Source: Schmidtea polychroa (lineage: Eukaryota). From it: a DNA stretch of 64,000 nt. Under the pieces are notes generated by a model, which was given only the letters and a program-made list of their open reading frames with translations, was not told the DNA's origin and ran no database searches. The stretch spans positions 84,258,001 through 84,322,000 of the forward strand of contig CM097885.1 in the NCBI GenBank assembly GCA_044892525.1. Direction: 5' to 3'. This document shows, one piece after another, positions 56,345 to 64,000 of the stretch; position 1 is the first letter of the stretch, and every line of letters begins with the position of its first letter. Made by a program: the position numbers and the translations under genes.

Positions 56345-58744
56345 TAGTGTTTCCAATTCAGGTACCTAATAATTTGAGTGTTTATTCGACTATTTTATTA
56401 CCCGGGTAATTGAATCGGGTATCCGGATAACAAATTTTTGATGCTCAAATAATTTTCACATCAGATTTCTCATTTGAAATTGTTCATAATTTCAAACACT
56501 TACAATACAATACTCTTGCAGATGGTACTATTAGCCATCCCAGTTGGTTTGAATATGAATTTATAGTAAAATAAGTTTATTTCTACTAATTTTATATAAG
56601 TAGGCTTTGTGAGTGGTTACTATAATGTATATGTAAAAACTTTATAATTTAATTTTCTTTTTGTCATTAAAATTTTTTATGTAGACAAACTTTAAGCCAT
56701 TAAATAAGTGATAAGTAAAATAAGTAAAATTTTAGGTGTTGAATATTTTTTTGTTTTATTTATCAAAACATTCAGCATTGTTAAACTAAGAAACTTAAAT
56801 AAGACATTATGTAAGTAGCGTAATATATAAAATTTACGCAATATATTTGTATTTTTAACTTATGATTTTTTAGTCCATAAAATTAAAATGTCGTCAAACA
56901 ATCGAGAGTCTGGAACTATTTCAAGAAAATAACATCAAATGAATCGAAGTGCCAAGTAGGTGGATGTGCAAGGGAAATTTCAATTAAAGGTGGAAACACG
57001 ACTGCAATGAAAAACCACTTGAAAATCCATGATATTAATATTGAATCATTAACATGCGGCAGTTCTACGGAAATTAGTGGAGCATCACCAAATAAGCGAA
57101 AAACTAATTTTTAAATAATGTCTTTTGTATACAGACAATCATTGGCAGAAATAATTGCAATGTGTTTTGCAAAAAATGGAATTTCATTTAATACGATTGT
57201 AAAGTGTGAAGCTATTCCAGGTTTTGTTACTAATCAAAATTACAACAACATCTGTAACTACTGTCCAAAATTGTGTAATGAAATTTTTCAATGAAAAAAA
57301 AGTGGATACTATACTATTGTTGAAAAAAAAATTGAAAATGATTCAAAATTTACAATTACAGTAGATGAGTGGACAGATATAGCAATGCGACGATATCTAA
57401 ATGTTACTCTACAATCAGTTAATACGCAATTTGCACTTGGTTTGGTGTCTATTATTGAAAGTTGTACGTCCGAAAAAAAAGAATTAGTATTTCAACGACT
57501 TCTGGAATATGATGTTAATTTTAAGCGAGATATTATTGCATCAACACATGATGGAGCAAGTGTCATGGTTAAATATGGAAAAATAATCTCGCTGAAAGTC
57601 AATTGTGCTTTAATCATGCAGTCGTTGAAATATTTTACATTACATTCTGATAGTGAAGATGAGGAACATGATGACATAAATAATAAAGTTCTTCCGAAAA
57701 TCATCACTGCGATCAGAAATATTGATGAAATATGTCATAATAAAAGAAAATAAACCACAAAAACTGTTGTTGGATATTAAACCACTATGGAGCAGCCTCG
57801 TTATTTCAATTGAAAGGTTTTTAAAAAAAATTGATTCGATTAACAGCGCCTTGGATGAACTCGGTGTTGAAAATTTTAATGAAGAGTACGTAAAGCTGCT
57901 AACAAAAGATTTTATGATTTTGGAGTCAGTGAAACTGGCGTACTCGAACTAAGCAAACAAAGTTCTAATTTATTAACATCCGAAGGCGCGCTGACCTACG
58001 TATTTCACCAATTGAAAAAAGTGAACACACTTTTAGCAGGAGTTGAAAAATTCGTTAAAAATACGTGTTGATCAACGCAGAAATAAGGATTTGACGTCAT
58101 TGTTAATGCTATTGCACAATGGAGTGTACCCAAAATGTAACTAATTCTTTTGCTACGCCTCGAAAGCTGTAATCAAGCAATTGGCAGCTTCGTTAATCGC
58201 ACGTTTGTTTCCAAGCAATACAACAGCTTTGCGGAACAATACTGATGAATTAGATAGACTAAAATTACAATCCGACGAATATTTAGATACAGGTAGTGAA
58301 TATTTAGTATTACAAAAATGTATTGCTACGTTCACAAATCCAACTCCTGAAAATAGTTTTACACTAACAGTTGAGAAAGAGTTAAAGCTATTAGAAGCAA
58401 ATAATGGATCTAGAACAGAGAGATTAGAAAAATTATATCAAGCTTTACTGACGGTGAAACCAACATCTACTGCATCGGAACGTGTATTTTCCATTGCTGG
58501 GGTATGAGTCCTGCAACATTAAATGCACTAGTTTTTTTTAAATACTATTTCTTAAATAAAGAATAACTATAGTAATTTATTTACATATTTGTATTGTAAT
58601 TTATTATTTCCAAATTTTTTAATATAGTTTTTACAAATTTATGAATTTTTAAAATTACCCGGCTAACCCGGATTACCCGGATAGTTTGAAAAATTACTAC
58701 TCGAATACCCGGGTAATTGTAATTTGGGTAATTTGGAGACACTA
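56345..58744 (+). mobile_element. Full-length degenerate hAT element inserted in polB
   Basis: TIRs TAGTGTTTCCAA and TTGGAGACACTA. Exact 8-bp TSD CGCACACC (56337-56344, 58745-58752). BED finger relic, TVDEWT, THDGASVM, DIKPLWSS, KPTSTASERVFSIAG. Confidence 0.93.
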
Positions 58745-58879
58745 CGCACACCCCTTATACTCGAGAAACCTTGATTCTGTGATAGGAAAATTTAAAGATG
58801 TAAGCAAAAGTCACGGGTATAAGAAATGGGTTTTTGTAAGACCTAACTGCTATAGTTTATTATATGTCAATGATACTAT

Positions 58880-61800
58880 TGTTGGGCTGGAAAGTAAAAT
58901 CATAATTTAAAAAGCTTAGGAAGAAAACAATAAGAAATAAAATAAGAAATTGGAAACAGATCAAAAATAAATAAAAATCAAGACAAATAAACAATAAGAA
59001 TAAATAATAACAAATTAGCCAAAGAGAATTAAAACAAAACATAAAAAATGAAAAATTAAGATAAGAAAACCGGAAAAAACAGTAAGATAATGGAAATTAA
59101 ATAATAAATAAGAAAATAAATAAAAAATAAAAGAAAACAATAAGGAAACACTAAGAAAACCACGAAAAACAAAGAAAACAAATTAAATTAAAAATTTACA
59201 CCACGCTCAATTTTGATTGACTCGCATAAAAACAAAATTAGGTATATAAGGGGAACACTGAATCAGAATATTCAGTGTTAACCCAACGATTCTTAAGGTA
59301 CACAGAGCATTCTAGGATCAATCAACAGGACTAAATCAGAATCAATTATTAATTTCCGACGACAAATCACTCGTGGACTTCAATTTGGAACTTTAGCGAA
59401 ACAGTAGTTAGTGAGATAAAAAGTAAATTTTTTTTTACTGTATCTAAAGTTTTTAAGTTACTATGAATGAATTAAAATAAATTTATGCTTGGAAAAGGGT
59501 TCCGTTTCTTTTGTTCATCAGTAATTAATGGTATTAGTAAAATTTTCAGTTATTTAATGCCTCGAATACTTGTAATTATCTATTTAGAATAAAATTTTGA
59601 TACAAGTCGGATTCTATTTAATAATTTAGTATCTTGTATACATTTTGTAGAAAAGTTCAATAAAGTAACATTTTGAATTTCATTATAATGATGATAGTGC
59701 ATGATGCGAATCTGAGGTTCGGCTGGCCACCGCTCGAGGGACGCTGGTTGTTCCTCTTGCAAGAAGGTCGGATGTGACTTCAGAGGCGCAGTGGTTGAAA
59801 TGGGTCATCGTGGGGGCTTCCTCACTGATCTATCACCACAGGAAGGAGAAGTGTGGTTTTAGGATCATAAAACCGAAAATAAAATGACGAAAATGAATAG
59901 AGAGTAACACAGTTGTGCAGCATGAGGAAATCACCAACTTTCGCAATGAGTAAGGTAGCCGGGATATCTTTCGTTTAGTACCGATTCAAAAAGCGAGCAT
60001 CCAGTAGTCATCGTAGTTTGAGCCATCTGAAAGTCCAATCTGACGTTAGTTTCTTTCTGGTGAAAATTCTGATCTATATATCGTAATCGGCAAGACTATC
60101 GTAAAGTAGCAAGAATCATAAATCGAGTACAATCTTTTACGCTCATGGTGAATGGTCATCGATATCTAAATTGTCTTAGAATTGTTGAAAATTTCGAATT
60201 TAGACCTCGTCGAACTATCAAACTTGTCTTGAGGAACATTCTTAGTGAAATGAAGCAAAGATCCGAATCTCGATATAGACAATTCCATAGTTTCAGATAA
60301 TCAGACATCCATCGATCGGTGATGTACTTTGAAGAAAATATACAATATTAAAATCCAACTGTGTAGGTTCTTGCGTACCGTGGTCGATAATTCCGTCACT
60401 TAGATAATTTGATAAGGCACTACTGAATCGTGGTATGAACCAAATACACCTTGGTAAGGATATACAATATAATGCTCCTCAGTTGTTGAAATCGCACGTA
60501 TAATCGCACCTGGATAATCAAGTAAACACCATCACTCACACCGACTGCTGCTATCGATTTATCTATCGCGTGAAATAATTACATATGGAGATTCTACTAA
60601 GCGAGTAACCGAGTGGTCATTATATGATAAAAACCGACAGCTAACTACGGGATATCGATAATCATTGCAAACGGCGACCGTACAGTAGAGAGTGAATTTT
60701 TGTCATAGAATTAACTCATAAAATGTACTTCGGTGAAAAGTTAACTAAAGATTTTAATAATAAAAATTTTACTTGTAACGTAATGGATATTGTTTTAATT
60801 CATAATTTAATAACCAAAGATTGAACTAAGCAATTACCGTTATTGAATCTCCAGGGGAATATCTCGTTCGATAATAATAATCAAGGGCTCATAAACGTCG
60901 TAGGGGTTAACTCTAGACTTATGGTTATTGTCTACTTGGAGGAATCCATTGAATCTTAGTAAAAATTCTGAGTGGCCGATCTAGCCCAGCGGATAATGAT
61001 TTGATATTTTTTATTATTATTACAATTATTTATTTAAATTTATCCAGGTTCCGATGTTTTCTGGTTTGTGTTCAGGATGATATGTGTGTGTTGATTTCCT
61101 TTCACGTTAATATGATCTTCCTTTCTAATAAAACGATGGTTGATTTAGTATGATGGCAGTCATGAGATGGTTAAATATAACTCATTCTTAATAGAATTTT
61201 ATTCAGCTTTTCAAAATGTCCAAGGTTTCAACCACCACAGTCATACGTCCCTGTTTCTCTTGCACGGACAAAAATCAATTAATACAGACGCTCCAGACCC
61301 AAAATGGCCTCCTGAAAAAGAAATCCGACCATTTAGAAGGGACGTACTTTTCCCCAAGTCAAATGAAGGAGGTGCGAATAAGGCTTACCCGAGTAGAAAA
61401 GTGTAGGGACGATGTGCTAGAAGAGAATCGCGCTTTACGCACCCTTATTAAAGAGCAGTCGGAAGCGTTACATAGGGTGTTCGTACAAGCTTCCATCACA
61501 CGCAAAATCGTCAATATTCCACTCGCGGAAGAAGATATCTGTTCCCGTCCCACCACCTTTCCGGGATCTCGTCAATGAAGCCATTAAATCAGGCCAACTT
61601 AAATCAATCGAGCATTCCTCAGCCGACAATTCCAGCCAAAATCGTCTATACCGGCACAAGTCGCGCTGACCCCAGGGTAGTGGATTTAACCGCCCCGGTC
61701 ACCCTTCCGGAGGTGAAAAAGATCAAGAAACGCCGGCAGCCATCTGGGGCCGAGCGTACCAAAAGAAGAAGGGCCCTTCAGGCCGAAAGAGAAGCGGCGC

Positions 61801-62575
61801 TGATCGCACCTGTTCAACTATCAGCTACACTACCTCCTGCGGAGTCCACCTCGCATTCCCTTCCCATCTTCCGGGTAGTCCCGCCCGTCGATTCCTCATG
61901 GGAAGAAAACGCTAAAGACTTTTTCGATCTCGGTGAGATCTTTGCCAGAGCTTCTCCGAATACATTATGATCTACATCCCTGTTCATTCTCAAAAATTGT
62001 GTAATTCTATAAATGTAATTTCTTGTAATAGTTCGTCAATAAATTTTTCTGTTGTGACTTGACAAATTAAATAATTTTGAATGTTCGATGGATGATGAAT
62101 GTTTGAACATGAAGTTGAGTAATGAATGATGAGAACAATGGGTAGGAAGGATTGGATAAAGCTGAATTTAGGGAGAATGGAAGTGATGATCATGGGTTGG
62201 AACTTGCTGTTGAATGCGAAATAAAGACAAAATTAGTGAGTTGAGTGTTGTGGTGGAGGTTGATTTCAAAGCGGAATGTTACATGAAATCTTAGAATGAT
62301 GTGTATGACGTAAGTCCTTCTATCGGCAGTCGAGTGTTTGTTAAGTCGAGTTACGATGGGGGAGCAGTGCTAAGGCAGGGGCTCACCTGCTCCATCGTAG
62401 CTCGCCGACGTGGCACAGTACCAACATGATGTAAATCATGGGTGTCATGTTCGGAGTATGATCGTGTGGGTTTTGGTTAAGGGTCCCGTGGAATGATGAC
62501 ATACTATGTGCGCGGTTAGGACTATCAACCCCTAGAGCAAATAGATCATTTTCTGATCCGACCCAAGACCCAGCA
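58880..62575 (+). mobile_element. 3.7-kb unclassified element with TG...CA ends and CTAT TSD
   Basis: Starts TGTTGGGCTGG and ends GACCCAAGACCCAGCA. CTAT at 58876-58879 and 62576-62579. Excision restores polB ...AAT GAT ACT ATG AGG GCT AAG GGG GTA (NDTMRAKGV). No internal direct LTR pair and no long TIRs. Confidence 0.88.
61216..61970 (+). CDS. Element-encoded protein of unknown function (two overlapping ORFs 61216-61578 and 61575-61970): CxxC + coiled coil + basic and Pro-rich segments
   Basis: GC-elevated open frames. PCFSC motif and following residues are conserved with the copy at 18355-18170. Basic NLS-like KKIKKRR...KRRR. ATGA overlap at 61575-61578. Confidence 0.55.
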
Positions 62576-63025
62576 CTATGAGGGCTAAGGGGGTAAAATT
62601 AACGGGGACAGAGATTGGGTACCAGTCATATTTAGACTGCTACAATAACGTAGAATTTTGAGTGCCGCAAACTAGGATAGGGACGCGAACCACCAGCTAC
62701 ATACAATCAAAAATAGTAAAATCGCATTGACAAATAACGATGACAAGCGATTACGGGTAGGGAAAATACTAGTATCGCATTTGGGCATTATTTTTGGGGT
62801 TGATGCTGTAGATAGTGATCAAGTATTGGAGGAAGTTCGACCGCTTTGTGGAGGTTTTAGCCCAGATTTCGATGATAGTATCGATATAGATGATATATTA
62901 TTAACAGATGATGATGATGATGAATATTATTAAATATATCTTCTTTAAAAACTAGACTTTTAATATGTTCATTTTTATTTTTTATTGGTATATTGAAAAC
63001 TTTGATAGTTTTCAAGTTTAAACAT

Positions 63026-63029
<4 letters not shown>

Positions 63030-63100
<71 letters not shown>
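63030..63100. repeat. (AAT)n microsatellite between inverted repeats
   Basis: An AAT run flanked by TTTTCAAGTTTAAACA and TGTTTAAACTTGGAAA. Confidence 0.85.
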
Positions 63101-63101
<1 letters not shown>

Positions 63102-63851
63102 TGTGTTTAAACTTGGAAATAATAAATTGAGTATATTTGAAAACTTGTTTCAGTTTTTTATTAAAATTTTCTTTGCTTAAAATTTGACTTTGAATAAAAA
63201 TTAAAATGGTGAGAAGAGGGGAGGTTGGTATGTCTTTGTCCCAGATGGCCGGTGGTTTAGTGGGCCGCTATCCCTCTACTACTATAAATAGACAGAATTT
63301 AATTCCCTATAAAATGGATGAATTCAAAATTTAAAATGTTGCGTTGCTTATCCTATATACGTGTCTTGTTGGAAATAGTGTTAAATAACAAATATCTTCC
63401 TATGCATTGTTTGAGTAAAAATATTTCAAGAATTTTCAAAAGTAATAAAAGATAAACATAATATTTAACTTTAAGTAACGGAAGAAAGGAAAATTGAAAT
63501 TAGAAAATAAAAGAAATAGAGGGAAATTATTCAGTTTAACTAAGATTCAGTCTAAATTAAAAAGAATTCTCTTTTAAGAATATTAATAGCAAAAGCTTAC
63601 AATTGCTGCTCATTTATTATACAGCCAACATTTGATTTAAGCTACCTCGATTATAGCAACAAATTCGATTTTGAAAATTCTATTTAAGCAACCTTTTAAT
63701 TTTTTATTCTATTTGTGTTTTCGGTTTTGGATGTGGGTTTTCCTGAATATTTCACTTAAATAAAAAGTAATTTTATTACAAAGGTAAAAATTTATTTACA
63801 ATGATTATATTATTGTTTTCTTTATTTACATCATATCTCTAGGTTAAGAGT

Positions 63852-64000
63852 ATGGCTGAATACGGTAAAAGAAAAAACTTAACCCTGCAAGAAAAAATCA
63901 TCTAAAACGTGATAAATCGATCAAAGAAGTTAAACTAAAATACAGTATTGATAAATATACATGGTCGCGAATAAAAGCCAATTCAATCGGTACACATAAA
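63852..64000 (+). mobile_element. Tigger/pogo-like CENP-B N-terminal HTH relic, running off the window
   Basis: MAEYGKRKNLTLQEKI...KYSIDKYTWSRIK resembles the psq-type HTH. Contains a stop or frameshift. Confidence 0.5.

Larger units (their letters stand above)
55270..62933 (+). pseudogene. Polinton/Maverick-type family B DNA polymerase relic split by two nested insertions. Pieces about 55270-56344, 58745-58879, 62576-62933
   Basis: GQSVLDLSKLWMY...SDTDSFF...DTSNYEPAH, then PLYS...IGKFKD...RPNCYSL, then MRAKGV...HQLHTI..KIAL..DDKR. Removing each insertion plus one TSD copy rejoins the frame. Confidence 0.85.

Noticed and set aside
62415-62430. ACAGTACCA as a tRNA 3' end or primer-binding site
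   Set aside because: I could not match it to a known tRNA acceptor end, there is no cloverleaf, and it is internal to the element rather than adjacent to an LTR end.
63240-63275. tRNA gene or tRNA-derived SINE (also 60970-60995)
   Set aside because: An A-box-like sequence without a B-box or cloverleaf.

Overview
This is a strongly AT-rich eukaryotic window, probably from an invertebrate animal, with very short (about 40-60 nt) GT-AG introns. No prokaryotic operon structure or CRISPR array is present. Four host genes can be reconstructed by hand: a cathepsin L-like protease (minus strand, running off the left edge), ELP3 (8214-11476), an AXDND1-like ciliary coiled-coil gene (minus) and MLH1 (minus, with 4.6 and 5.1 kb transposon-filled introns; its 5' exons were not found). 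The rest is dense with mostly degenerate mobile DNA: several hAT families, Tc1/IS630, Merlin, piggyBac, Ginger2-like, Helitron, Penelope, BEL/Pao, gypsy-like LTRs, a Polinton-type polB relic and a Tigger start. Three observations stand out. (1) An unclassified element family with TGTTGG...CC(A/G)ACA-type ends. Two copies have exact 4-bp CTAT target duplications, and excising the 3.7-kb copy restores the polB reading frame. The family carries CxxC ORFs and a sequence-divergent but structurally conserved hairpin module, and has no recognisable integrase or RT. (2) A BEL/Pao Gag relic fused in frame to a tandem di-ubiquitin ending in Gly-Gly. (3) An open, intronless 242-codon Rab1/proteasome-alpha-6 chimeric ORF whose ancestral Rab1 ATG lies 8 nt downstream of a Pao LTR. 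All family assignments come from motif recognition by eye; no database search was run.
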